Source of the DNA: Pocillopora damicornis
Lineage: Eukaryota
Assembly: GCF_003704095.1 (NCBI RefSeq)
Contig: NW_020844822.1
Coordinates: 1 to 64,000, forward strand
DNA: 64,000 bases
Direction: 5' to 3'
In this document: positions 48,101 to 60,500 of the stretch, piece by piece
How the letters are laid out: each line of letters begins with the position of its first letter
Numbering within the stretch: the first letter of the stretch is position 1
Made by a program: the position numbers and the translations under genes
Notes under the pieces: model-generated
Told to the model about the DNA's origin: nothing
The model's input: the letters and a program-made list of their open reading frames with translations, nothing else
The model's database searches: none

Positions 48101-50656
48101 CTTGTCAGAAAAGTACAAAGACCGTGTATCTCCTGTGAAACGTCACATGGATCATATGGTTAATATTGGTGCTGCTCCTGGGCTTGTCAATCCCCAACTA
48201 AACTCTATGACCTCAGATGTTATTAAGGTAACCTATAGTTAGCAGCACTGTATTAAGTGGTCACCATGTATTAGGTGCTGCAGAAACCTGGAAAAGGAAA
48301 AAGTCACTTTATACTGGGTCTCTATACTGTCTGGTAACACTTCATCTCTTGGCTAGCCTCACAGATTGGAATCATCCCCTCTAAAACTTATTACAGGCTA
48401 TGTCCACAAAATCAGGTATCCTTAATTGGTCCATGTTCAAATCATCATGGCTGACAGATAAACTCTGATTCTTTCATTTGCATTCCCTTCCCTATCTCAA
48501 TATTTCAAGGCTAGAGAAAACCCGTGTCTAACTTACACTTGCAGTGGATGGATTGTGTTATCATTGACTTTTCCTTCTGTCTCATATTTCAGCTGTTTGC
48601 CTATGCTGCACAAGAGCATAGTCAGAAATATGGTAGCACATTTGAACAATGTGCTAAAATCGCTTACAAGAATCATAAGCACAGTGTACACAACCCAAAT
48701 GCTTGCCTTAGAAAGGAGCTCCCTTTGAACAGCATTACTCACTCAAAAATGATTTGCAAACCTATCACCTTTGCCATGTCTGCACCCACAGCAGATGGTT
48801 CAGCAGCTGCCATTGTGTGCTCAAGAGAATTCATGGAATCAAATGGAATGCAGGTTTGTTTTGAAGAATTCTGTTTTTTCCAGAAGGAAACTGTGTCTGC
48901 ACTGTACCTGATTTTGAAGGCTTTTGAGGGAGCCAACCAAGAGGGGTGGGAAAGGGGAAGGTTTTTAGAAGCTCAAAAAAAACTACCACTAGTGGAACAA
49001 ATCATTGTTATACTATCAAAAATAATAATTTTTTTTTAAGTTCAAATTTGTTGGCCTTAATGGAGTAAAGTATGAACTTTTAAGAAAAAATTGAAACAGA
49101 TATACTTTTAGGCTGTTTTGAATTTGGAGTTTTGTGGTTCAGAACACATGCAAACTGGCCAGGAATATGTAATTATGGTCCTTTCACTGGGGGCAGATTG
49201 CATTTAATTTACAACCCAGGTTGGTTCACTTCTTTTCTTTCATAGAACAAAGCTGTAGAGATCTTAGCTCAGCAGATGGTTACAGACCTACCATCTTCAT
49301 TTGAGAAGAGCTTTATGGACCTAGCTGGGGTCACCATGGCTACAAAGGCTGCCATAGACTGCTACAGATCATCAGATCTCACACCCCGTGACGTGGATGT
49401 CTTAGAAGTTCATGATTGCTTCTCTTGCAATGAGGTCAGTGGAACTCTCTTGATTTGTTACTGTGTCTAAAAGAGACTATCATGTACACCATATGTGAAG
49501 AACAGAGTAGGCTGTTCCAGTCTGTAGCTTGTGAAAAAAGAATGCTCAATGGCTGTTTTTGTAACTGAAGACTGTGAGAATGACCATACTAAGTTAGTTC
49601 CAATGTTTGTTTTTTGGTTTTTCAGTTATTTATGTACGAAGCCATGGGGCTTTGCCCGGTAGGGAGGGGTGGGGAGCTCATTGATTCAGCTGAATGGATC
49701 AGGAACGAAAATGGTAAGGCCTGCATATTACTGTTATACATATAAAATACTATTTTGAATAAGAGTTGTGTGTGTCAGTGATGTTCTTACCAAAATTTTG
49801 TCTGTGATCTATTACTCTACAGACCCACGGCAACATGAAATCTATTTGTTTCATAGGATAGGAAAGCAAAATGTTGTTAATGGTGATGGCATATAAGCGT
49901 CTGTCCTCCAATAGATCACAAGAAAGAACCAACTAAATTGCGTGCACATTTCAGCTCATAATGAAGTGACTTTTTTATTCGCTCTCCTTAGGCGGGGAAG
50001 TTTGTCGCATTGGCAGTAGATGGGTAGTGAATCCATCGGGAGGTTTGGAGTCGAAAGGTGTGCTTCTTGATTTGTTATTATATTGTATCATGTTAACTTT
50101 CTGAAAAGAAAGCAAAGGCGATACTAAACAAAGCTCAAGATAGTCTTAGTAAGAAATCTCTTCATCTTTGACCAAACAGAGCGCTTGCATGTCAACGATC
50201 ATGTGGCTAATACGTTTTTTTCTCTTTATTCCCATCAGGACATCCGATCGGCGCCACAGGTCTTGCGCAATGCGCCGAACTTAACTGGCAGGTAGGTGTA
50301 ATGCATGTTTTTCGGAAAACAAGGAAGAGCATGGGCAAGTGGCGGGAAAAAGAGGGTCGCGTGGGCACTGGGGATTAGGCGAGAAAATAAGGCACCTGCG
50401 CTTTCTTTGAGTTTCCATGTTACTCCTGAGGGACAGAACTAAGCGTGGTTTAAATGCTCCTAAATCTGCATAAGTAACTTTTTTAAAACTTGTCATTTAA
50501 TTCTTGTTGCAGCTCAGAGGTGAAGCAGGAAAACGGCAGGTAGACGGAGCAACAGTTGCCTTGCAGCACAACTTTGGAATCGGAGGAGCTGCTGTGGTGA
50601 CGATGTACAAAAAATTCAAATCTCAAAAAAGGGAACAGGTTCATGCCAAATTATAA
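45109..50656 (+). CDS. SCP2: SCPx-type peroxisomal thiolase, thiolase domain only, ending in PTS1 -AKL, 430 aa, 12 exons
   Basis: Exons 45109-45167, 45478-45515, 46130-46234, 47084-47101, 47683-47805, 48079-48227, 48593-48853, 49246-49434, 49626-49713, 49992-50057, 50239-50291, 50513-50656 total 1293 nt. Motifs [60 protein letters not shown]-terminus is HAKL-stop. It may be a paralog rather than the SCP2 ortholog. Confidence 0.9.
46466..46932. mobile_element. CAGGG-terminated non-autonomous DNA transposon with 5-bp TSD (hAT5-like), nested in piggyBac-like MITE 46383-47031
   Basis: Perfect 14-bp TIR CAGGGTGTGAAATT ... AATTTCACACCCTG. GAGTT lies on both sides (46461-46465 and 46933-46937). Subterminal GGCGAC repeats. 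Confidence 0.88.
47221..47432. mobile_element. piggyBac-like MITE
   Basis: CCCTTTAACTCCCAA ... TTGGGAATTAAAGGG-TTAA inverted termini. Confidence 0.8.
49745..49975. repeat. Dispersed repeat family, also near 26330-26580 and 27645-27880
   Basis: Shared blocks GTGTGTCAxTGATGTT, AACATG(G/A)AATC(T/C)(A/G)TTTGTTT and AATAGATCA in three places. Class not determined. Confidence 0.6.
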
Positions 50657-51931
50657 CAGAGTGTCTCACTTTCGACTGAAGCGAACTTTGAAACACAATT
50701 ATCAACCATAGCTTTCCAAACTATTATTTATTGTAAAATACTGAACATAAAAGGCTGAGTGTAGTCAAGAATACCGAACTCAAGTATAAAATACTTTTTT
50801 TAAAAGAGAATGGAAGAAATTGAACGAGACATGACTAAATTAAGTATCTATTGAAAGAATCTAATGGGTAGTTTCTTGAAATAATTCTTCCATTTATCAT
50901 TAAGGAAGCTGTCATTTTGTCTGGGTACGAGTTTATATCAGGGGGATATGGCTGGTCATGAAGGCAATTTGCGCCAAGTAAGCAACTGAGTGATTTCGAA
51001 CGCTTTTCGATGATCAAAAAATGGCAGGAAGTCAACTTTTGTTTTCTGCCTCTCGGCCGTTTGATTGCGGCACTCTTTACGATGACTAATATACATTATC
51101 GACAGTTGATGAAATCAAAATTATTTTGTTATCCTCCCCCACCAACGCACCACCACAGTTTCTCAAGAAACTTACCCCCTTTATTCAATATTTGAACTTG
51201 TTGAATGAGAGATATTTTTAATTTTGTGTCGCAACCCGAAATGGGAACAAATAAAAAGTAATACAATTTTTTTTCCATTTTAGCCAAAGACTCACATTTA
51301 TTTGCGCAAGAATATGTATATTTTCATGTCCATCATGTGTCTCTCAAGTATTCCCGGCATCCCTCTGGTAAAAGCGTGCGCCATTATTTGTTCAGCTTTG
51401 TTTCACATTTGGTACCACCAAGTTTTGCCAATCAAAGTTGAAACTATTTTCAGTTACGGGCAGGTATAAGACAAACTGATACTTCCACTAACATTTACAG
51501 TGAACTCCTTTTTTCGCTATTAAAATCCTTAAAGAGTGAACTTAAAGTTAAAGCTCAATTAGGTCTCACTAAAACATTATTTACACAAGAGACCTTTTAT
51601 CGAAGACATGTTTGTCACTCGGTTTTCATTCACGAAATCAGGGATTTCAAAAACTGGCAAGTTTTTATCCAAAAGGCTGTAGCGTAGATGTAGTACCAGC
51701 ACATCACTGAGATTCAGTGAACTTCCTCAAACGCGCTGCCAGTCAGACTGCAAAGTATGGGAAAACTCGACGAGATCTCAAATGTGCAAAGGCAATTTTT
51801 CCCAGTTAAATGTTTGGTAAGAAAGGAAAAAATTGCGCTTTCATCTACCATCCGCTGGAGACAGGGTTGTCACAAAGTACATGAGTAAAAATTGTGCAAA
51901 AGATTTGCCTCCATTCGGATATCAGTATAAG

Positions 51932-52846
51932 CTAGCGAAGCTCAATTGCCGGTTCTGATGAATTCCGCTTAAAGGCTCTAACCAATGACAGCTTTTGTTC
52001 AATGGCCACATTTTTCAGTTCCCGTTTCATATCTTTTTTCAAAAAAGCGTATACTAAAGGATTGACAGCCGAATTGATAATAAAACAGATGTGAATAACT
52101 TTTTTTAAAGTCTCTGAAGCGACACACATTTTGAATGTGAAACAGAAACAACGATAGTTCCCTCCAATGTGACAAAGAACGAAGAATAAAATGATTAAGA
52201 AAATCATCTTCATAGAAGCTTTCCTTTCTTTGATTTTCTTAACTCGTTTTTTCGGATGTTCACAAAAGTTAAACTTGAGTTGGGCGAGTAGAAGTGTCTC
52301 TTTTTGCGAAATGCTTCTCGCTATCAGGAAGAGATGTCCTGTTATCAAAACAAACGCGACACTTGGCACAAGCTGAAAAATAAGTACTCTAAATGTTTCA
52401 AAAGCAAACGTGAATAAGTCGTTTCTTCCTGAATATGTGAAAAATGAGGGTACTGTGAACAGGAGAAATGGTGTAATCCATGCTAAGGCGAGCGCAGACA
52501 AGAGTCGCTTTCGTGTCACGTAGGAATCGTATCTCAACGGCTTCATAACTGTAATATACTTATCCGTTATCAGCACGCACAAATTCACACACGAAGAATA
52601 GAGAAATGTATGGCTGATTTTGAACCACAGCCCTGAATGATCGGTGGATATTTGAGCGTTGAAATACGAAGTAAAAATCATGGGAAAATAGCTTAACCCG
52701 AAACAGAAATCGGCCAGTGCAAGAGAAAGAATGAACCAGTTCGTTTTAACATGTAGTCGAGGTCTTGTGATGATCAAATAAATTACCAGGACATTTCCAA
52801 GAACAACAAATGCGGTGAAAAACCAACCGAAGATGAAAAACCACAT
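51932..52846 (-). CDS. Intronless rhodopsin-like (class A) orphan GPCR, copy A, 304 aa
   Basis: Seven hydrophobic segments; GN (TM1), SLALADF (TM2), DKY in place of DRY, NSAVNPLVY (NPxxY), helix 8. Confidence 0.9.
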   Translation of the reverse strand: MWFFIFGWFFTAFVVLGNVLVIYLIITRPRLHVKTNWFILSLALADFCFGLSYFPMIFTSYFNAQISTDHSGLWFKISHTFLYSSCVNLCVLITDKYITVMKPLRYDSYVTRKRLLSALALAWITPFLLFTVPSFFTYSGRNDLFTFAFETFRVLIFQLVPSVAFVLITGHLFLIARSISQKETLLLAQLKFNFCEHPKKRVKKIKERKASMKMIFLIILFFVLCHIGGNYRCFCFTFKMCVASETLKKVIHICFIINSAVNPLVYAFLKKDMKRELKNVAIEQKLSLVRAFKRNSSEPAIELR

Positions 52847-54019
52847 CGTGAGCTTGAAATAAACCAGCTGATCTGCATAAAAGTGTTCGTAGTTATATTT
52901 CGCCCTCTGTGGAAGACACTACGGCCGACCCTTGGCGAACTGCAAACAAACTTGATAGGCCCGTTAGAGGGGGAGGGTGACGCTTTCTAAGCTGACCGTC
53001 AGTTATTTAACCCCTCATATCCTTGCGAAGTGAAATTATTTACCTCCTTGAAATTTGTTGAAGAACATTTTTTTAAAGTTTATCTAGAAAGGAGCTTAGC
53101 CAAGCTGTAATTGATATGACAACAATTTTTTTGGCAACGTGTCGAAAGGAAATTAAAAAAATTTAAAAGCAAATATAATGAAAGGCAATTATAAAATTAG
53201 TTAAAAACGAATGGGAGCATGTAATGTAAGGAAATCGAATTGTTATAATTTTTGGTTGCCTTGCAATTGTACATATACGAATACCCTGAAAGAGCCCTAA
53301 AAGACAAAAAAATAAAAGTGCGCGCGGATCGTTTTTCGAAAAATGGTTGGAACCTTTTACAATAAATTTTGCCAGTTCACTGTTTCTCTTTACTCTACAG
53401 ACATGTCTGGGGTGAACTAATCACTTAAACAAAAAATAAATGATACCATGATATTAATCATTTTAAGAATGCCTTTTTATTCATTATATACATTGTTATT
53501 ACAATTTTTGTTATTAATTCTCTCGATGTTGTACAAACGCCTAACTTAAGCTGCAATTTTTACCTATTCACTGGTTGCTTGACAATAACAACACGTGATA
53601 GCTTCACGGTGTAATATCCTACAAGCACTACTTTCCGACATAAACACAAAAATTGGAGATATTACAGGAACAATTTTCATTCTTCAATCAGGAGGTTCAT
53701 TCTAAAATGACATCAACGATCATATTAACATTATATTTAGTACATGATTTCAGGTGTCATAGTAAACAGTTATTTACATCACAAAACGCGTGCAATTTAA
53801 ACCGCGACGCGTTTTTTTGCTCACTTTTCCAAACCAAACACATGTTTAATTAACCAAAAGTTGTAAGAAAAAAACATCGTTTTTTACTAAACCAAAATAT
53901 GGTTTTCCACTGGCTTTTCAAATGTTTTCAATTAATTTTGTTGGATTTTCGCAATGTTGTATAATGATTTATAAAAAAATTTTAATTTCTCCGATCCCAA
54001 ACATGAGAATCGTTTGCAA

Positions 54020-54883
54020 TCACATCGCACACATTTTCATCAGCTCCCTCTTTATGTCCTTCTTCAAGACAGCGTAAACAACTGGGTTTACGGCCGAGTT
54101 CATAACAAAAAAGATGTGGATGGCTCTTTCCAAACCGTCAGAAACGATGCAAGTTTTGAAGACGTAACAAAAACAGCGAAAATTTCCCCCGATGTGGCAA
54201 AGGACGAAGAACACAATAATGAATATAATCATATTTACTGAGGCCTTTTTTTCCTTGCATTTCTTTCTAGTCGCATTTTGTTGCGGCTGAAAATTATAGC
54301 TGATTTGAGCCATGAGGGCCGCTTCTTTCCGCGAAATGTCTCGGGCTATGAAACAGAGACGGCAGATGACAAAAATAAATAGAATGCTCGGAACAAGCTG
54401 GAAGATCGAAACTCTGAACATTTCGAAGCCAAAAATGAGCAGCTCATTCCCGCCAGAATAAACGAATATGGAAGGTAACGTGAAAAGAAATAACGGTGCA
54501 ATCCACGCCAAAGAGATCAGATAAATCACCTTTTCATTTGTCATGCGTAAGAGGTACTTGAGAGGCATCGTCACTGCTAGGTATCTATCTGCTGTCAAGA
54601 CGCAAAGATTCGCCGTCGAGGAATAGAGAAATGTATGGCTGATTTTGAACCAATTTCCTGTGTGGTCGACGGGTAGCTGTGACGGGAAGAAACTTGAAAC
54701 GAAAAGTAGGGGAAAATAGCTTAAACCGACGCAGAAATCAGCCAGTGCGAGGGACAGCACGAACCAGTTTGATGTTACACGAAGTTGTGGTCGTGTAATG
54801 ATCAAGTACATCACAAAAACGTTTTCAAAAACAGTCAGGACTGTAAATAACCATCCAAAGATAAAAAACCACATTTCAATCAT
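54020..54883 (-). CDS. Intronless rhodopsin-like orphan GPCR, copy B (tandem paralog), 287 aa
   Basis: 7TM with SLALADF, ADRY, NSAVNPVVY. Colinear with copy A and shares WFKISHTFLYSS, FQLVPS and LCHIGGN. Start context aaaacaATG. Confidence 0.9.
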   Translation of the reverse strand: MIEMWFFIFGWLFTVLTVFENVFVMYLIITRPQLRVTSNWFVLSLALADFCVGLSYFPLLFVSSFFPSQLPVDHTGNWFKISHTFLYSSTANLCVLTADRYLAVTMPLKYLLRMTNEKVIYLISLAWIAPLFLFTLPSIFVYSGGNELLIFGFEMFRVSIFQLVPSILFIFVICRLCFIARDISRKEAALMAQISYNFQPQQNATRKKCKEKKASVNMIIFIIVFFVLCHIGGNFRCFCYVFKTCIVSDGLERAIHIFFVMNSAVNPVVYAVLKKDIKRELMKMCAM

Positions 54884-57593
54884 TGTTTTCGGATGCTGAT
54901 AAAGTCCAACATTGTATATTCGAGGCTTAATTGATCGATATGACAGTGAACTATTCCTGACTGTATCTAAAAGAAAACGAACTGCATTTGCTTTTAAATC
55001 GAAGTCAGCCTCTTACGTTTAGGATCCAGGCACGATCAAAGCAGAAAAAATTCAACTGTTTTTTGCAATTAGCAATTGACGATAGAGTTAATTTACCATA
55101 CGCAAGTTTCCTGAACCCAGCTGCTTCATTCGTGCAATAATTATGCAGCCAGGTGCAAAAAGTTTTGCAATTTCCTATTTTGATCAGCTGGATTTGACAC
55201 AGGGTTTTTCAAAAAACCCTCAAGCATTTCAACTTTATTTGGCGCCTGTGACAAGGTTCTTGAACTTTCCAATGAATTTTGAAGGGGACCCACTCATTTC
55301 GTTCACAGAGAACGTAAAATTAGATTACTGTCGTGTTCTCTTGTCAGAGTTGTCAGGGGGCGATCACGTAATTGTTTCAACATCTTGAAAGTGTGCGGGG
55401 TAAAAACTGACGACACTTCAACTCCGCTGAAAAAAAATTCTTCAAATGTACCGTATAACATCAAAATCTTGCGGAATTTCCTGGTTGAAACTAATTTTTT
55501 CGAGTTCTGTTCAAATTAAAAAAAAATAACCAACCAAAAAATGTCAAGAATGTTTCATATTTTCTAACTCAGTAAAGCCATATGCAGAAGAAACCTACAG
55601 CTTATTAATAATTATTAGATATATGTATACTTCAATGTTAGATATATGTATACTTCAAGTTAGAGAAAAGAGGTCGAACAGACGCTTTATTCTCATGTCG
55701 AAATTTTAAAAGATTTCAATGAATGTAATCAATTTCCCCGTGTTCTTTCTGTGTGATATTTTTTGGACAGCTGTCCGCATCAGAGTAATTTTTTGTTCTT
55801 ACGGAAGGAAGCTCCCTCAGACTTATTAGGGGTTTACTTTCGCTGACAGCTCAAAGACATCGGTAATTAACTACATCGATAGGATCAAAGTTGTTGAAAG
55901 GTTCTGGAAACAATATACAGCGGCAAAACAACACTTACGTCATCTCTTGACAGCGAGCTCATGCAAATATACAGGGCCTTAGAGGGATGATAAGACTAAT
56001 GGCTAATCTCTTACCTTTGTTGTTAAAAAAACAATTTTTTGCGGTAAACTTTTTTTACGACCGACTGTTAAGAAAGAAAATCTTTAACGACAACAACGAG
56101 ATCGCGGTGAGACAAAAACTTTCAGGAGCAGAAATATAGCTCCACACGCACGTGCGTTTGAAACTCGAAACTTTGAACATTTCAAAGTCGCTTAGCCATG
56201 CGCCATGAACGTGCATTTAAAAGTTTACACCTTTCTTTGTTGTCCTCTGGAAAACAGCGACATGAAATGGCCAAGCTTGCATCGTTGAAGACTGGAGGCC
56301 CTTAAGGAAAATAAATGACATCTCTCTTTCGATGACGCCTGCACAAGTCACATCGAAGAATAGGTCTTAGGTCATTAATGATCGTAAAGAGAGTAACCCG
56401 TTGGAAAAATTGATTCTTAAGACAAAATGAATTAGTTTTTTTTTAATATACCGTCGAATTGAATGTTATCCCCAGCTTCGCTGGCGATAAGTTTATCGCT
56501 GTGTAAGTTCCTTAATAACTGTAAACGGACGCGTTAGAATTAACAATAGCACCCTGTAGCTTTCGTAAATCCAGTGCCACAAGAAGATGGGGTCATTGGT
56601 CGTCAGTAAATTTTAGCGCTGATATATGGAACGGTATAAGATAAGCTTCGCGTCGGGGTTTCCTACGCTTATCTCGTGTTATCCCAACCTCCCGTGTGTT
56701 TACATCAGGCTATGTAAACACGGAAACCATTTTACATTTCTTCAATATTTGATGCCGGATGATTAAGTGATTGTATATACTCTTTTAATCTTATACATTT
56801 TTTGTATGTTTAACTAGTTCTTAATCTAAACTTAGTATTCTTCTGAGGACCCTTCTGTAAACCATTTCGTGACGTTGGCGTCCTCATTAAAGATTACTAT
56901 TATTATTATTATTATTAGCTTGCAGCTGTAACCCCTAGACCCCTTAGAGTGATCAACACCTAATTTCTCCTTTCTACATCACCCCTAAATCAACCATTAA
57001 GGTAATGAGAATGAAGGCAATAACCGCTGACCTAAAAAACTCTTGATTGTTAAACAAATTCTCCTTCTGGTTGCCGCGTGAACTTTAATAAATTCTCCTT
57101 TTCAATACGTTAGGAAATGTATAGAGAAAAGTATGGAGAATATGCATGTTGATGTGAGGGTCAGCGAGGAATTATTTTCCGCTCTGTGCTCTGAGTTGCT
57201 CTTATAAAGATGACTTTCAGGCTATTTCCGTAAACTTTGAAAATGAATTTTTTTTTGCAATATTTGATGGCGAAATGCCTTTGTTTCTCTTCTTCAAAGG
57301 AGAAAGGTATATTAAGAGTAAGTTTCCACACAACCAACAGAATTCGTTATTGACTAAGAGACTTTCTCTTGTTGTTTTGTTGCTCACACCCAGCCTTGTT
57401 TTTCAAAACATATGGAGCCCAGGCCCCATCAGATTTACAAGTGGCTACGAAGGACTGGGCGAAACCCAGCACCTCACAGACGAAAACAAAGATGGTGGAA
57501 GGGAGTGATTTTGTGGAGGAAAGTCCAATTGCGAGAATATCTCGCAAAACGTGTTTATAGGCACGCTTTTTATAAGCGCGTTCCAAGCCCAAG

Positions 57594-60500
57594 ATGAGCA
57601 GGTGGAGGATCGTACGGTTCGCCAGAGATGTGACTGTAGGCGCTAGTCGCCTCGTTGGAGTCACAGTTGTTCGTTTTTTTATGTCATGTTGTACAGTTTT
57701 TGTGATCCTGTGGATCGCTGTATTTCTGTACGTCAGTTTTTACTACGCTTACATGCCAACCGTTAGTCATGTAAGGCCAGTGTTCCTGCTTTTCAAGTAA
57801 GTTTGCCTTTTTTTTTCATTGTCTTTTAAGCTCGGTTATTAAGAAATAGGCGCGTCGAACTGTTTCGTGAATGATAATTTTTTTTTCGTTTCTGTTTACG
57901 TTGTTGTAGCTCTAATTGCGATGATTCTCGAGGGAAAACTTTATGTTCCTTCCCTGAAGCCAATTTATCTCTGAGCACTGGAGAACGAGTGAGTAAAAAT
58001 TTGGAAGCAGTTTCATTGTAATGTTACCGCGAGTAAAACTCGTGACTTGTTGATCCCTTTCATTGTTCTGCACAGTGGTGTTGAAGTCCATTTTGCCCTC
58101 GCGCGAGGATTATCCAATGTTTCTCTGTACGATTTCAGAATTACGCGTAGATTAACTGGTTTAGTGTACTGGCTATTGTTAGTTCTCACCTTCACATCCT
58201 AAGCTGCCCAATTTTTTTTTTCCCTGTTTGATCCGTTGTGTCTTGAAATACTGTACACTACATGTTAGCGCCCCAAATTACGTTGATCGGGGCTTACAAA
58301 GCACTTATCAAATTATCACACTTTTCACTCGTTTTGTTTTGATAGATATTAATGAGAGGGCAGCGCTATCAGGTTTTTCTGGATCTTGAGATGCCACATT
58401 CTCCTGTTAATGAAAAGCTTGGTTAGTAATCAGTAAATGACTGCCAATAGTGATCTGTTCATAAATTCTCTTCACAATTTTAAGATGATTTCAAACAGAT
58501 AGGTATTGAGAATTAGAGGAGTGATCAGCTTATTTTTAGGACTTGCCCAGTGCATGTAAGAAGAATTAGCTTTTTGATCTTGGCAGTTTAAGTTAACCTT
58601 TTCATTTAAAGATCTGTTCACTGTATGTTTCTCATAATTTTAGTTTCTCCTTATCATTTCATTTTATCTTTTTTATTTATCTATATTTTAGCTCTTTGCT
58701 GCAGGTATACATGCAAAATTTCCCAGTCCTAGCTTTCTCCAGCTTTTTGTGTGAAATGGAACAAACGCAATATTTATGTTGCAATGTATTGCACAACCAA
58801 TGATAACAGATTTTGGGGTCTAACTCTATCAAGTGGGTTCTTGAGGTGGAATGAAATCAAATCTACTCTACAAGATAATGTTTTTAATACTGCATATCAG
58901 AAAAAGTCATTACTATGTTTGGAAATGTTTGGAAGTTGAACTTAACAGTAAGGTATTCAAATCAAAGTAACATTGGAATATCTTTTTTTTTCTGGTCATT
59001 TCTCCATTTAGGAATGTTCATGGTTAGAGTAACCTTTTTATCTGAATCTGGAAAAGTTTTGGCAAGTTCAGAAAGATCAGTGAGTACATATCGTAGTTAT
59101 ATAATTTTTTTCACTCAAGGGCTGAATTTCTCATGTCTTACAGGTTACGGCTATTGAAATACTGCACTTTTTGTCTATGTAAAATAATAATTATTCTCCA
59201 ATGACCAAGTTGATGTTTTTGAATAATCCTCAAGACAAAGTTGAGGGGACAATTTGATAATATTCATTGAGCCTGAGAGAAATAACTGTACAGTTGTCCA
59301 GGTACTTTCAAATTCTGCTGTAAATTTTTTTGTTGTTGTTCAAACTGTTCTGTAAATTAAGATAGCAGTGAGCATTTTCTTTTATCATTGTTGTTACTTG
59401 TATCTAGAAAGGCAATTAGTTTCCACCAGAATATAACAAGATATTTTAAATACTTTTGAGAATTGTTAGGCCAAACTTGGCAGCGTCCTTTGTACTCTTT
59501 GGAATTGAATTTTGTCAGTAACATTGACGAAAAGCAAGGCAGCCATTTTAGAGTTTAATCTCACCTCAATAATCTCCTTGCTGGAGGTGATTATAGTGGT
59601 GACATTGAATGCCAGTGGTGATTATGGTGAGATATGATCCAATCCATGACCATTTCTTTAATCAACTGAGCTATCATAGCAATATGTTTTTTATTCCTTA
59701 CTTGAACAGGGCATGCTTCATTACAAGTCAGCCTTGTTACAATCTCTTGCCACTGTTTTTTACTCTCTGCCAATGGTTTTGGGTTTCACTGAGGAGAAAC
59801 AGATTGTGCAGATAAACCTGTTTGAAGAATATGTCGAGGACTCGGTATGTATATGATTTTGTTTTGAACCAGCTTTTCACAATCTCTGTTTATCAGTTTT
59901 GGTTACTATTGATTGTCCCTATGATTTGTTGATAAGAGCCTGTAGGTGACCAAAACCACCAACTAGTCTGCAATCTTCAGCCAGCTACTGTTACTTCATT
60001 TTTCAGTTTTTATCATCAGTCTAGTGCTACTTGTCAATCTCAGCATAAAATTATGTGAGCAGCATTGAGTGCCAAATAGAAATTAAAATAATTTTCTGTA
60101 AGGGTTCCTGTTCTCAAACCATGCAAAATTTTATGTTTTTACATTGCTGTTTTTGCAAATGACAGCTAAGAATGCACACAGTTTAAAAACGCATGTGCTG
60201 GGCTATTATTCTGCCCATTAGATATTTTTTTTGTCGTGTCCTTGTTGCTGTCACCGTGGTAGTTTGCTCAATGTCCCTAATGTGTTAGAGTGACTAGCAT
60301 CTAATTTCTCCTTACAATATCTCCTGTGAATCAAACATTAGGGTGATGAGAATTATTGAAATGATCAACAACTACAGAAGCTCTGGATTGTTAAGCTAAT
60401 TCTCCTTGTCAGCACCTTAGCAAATGTATAGAGAACAGTATGGAGAATATGCATACTGATGTGAGGTTGTAAGGGGTTAAGGGGATGGATGTTGAATTAG

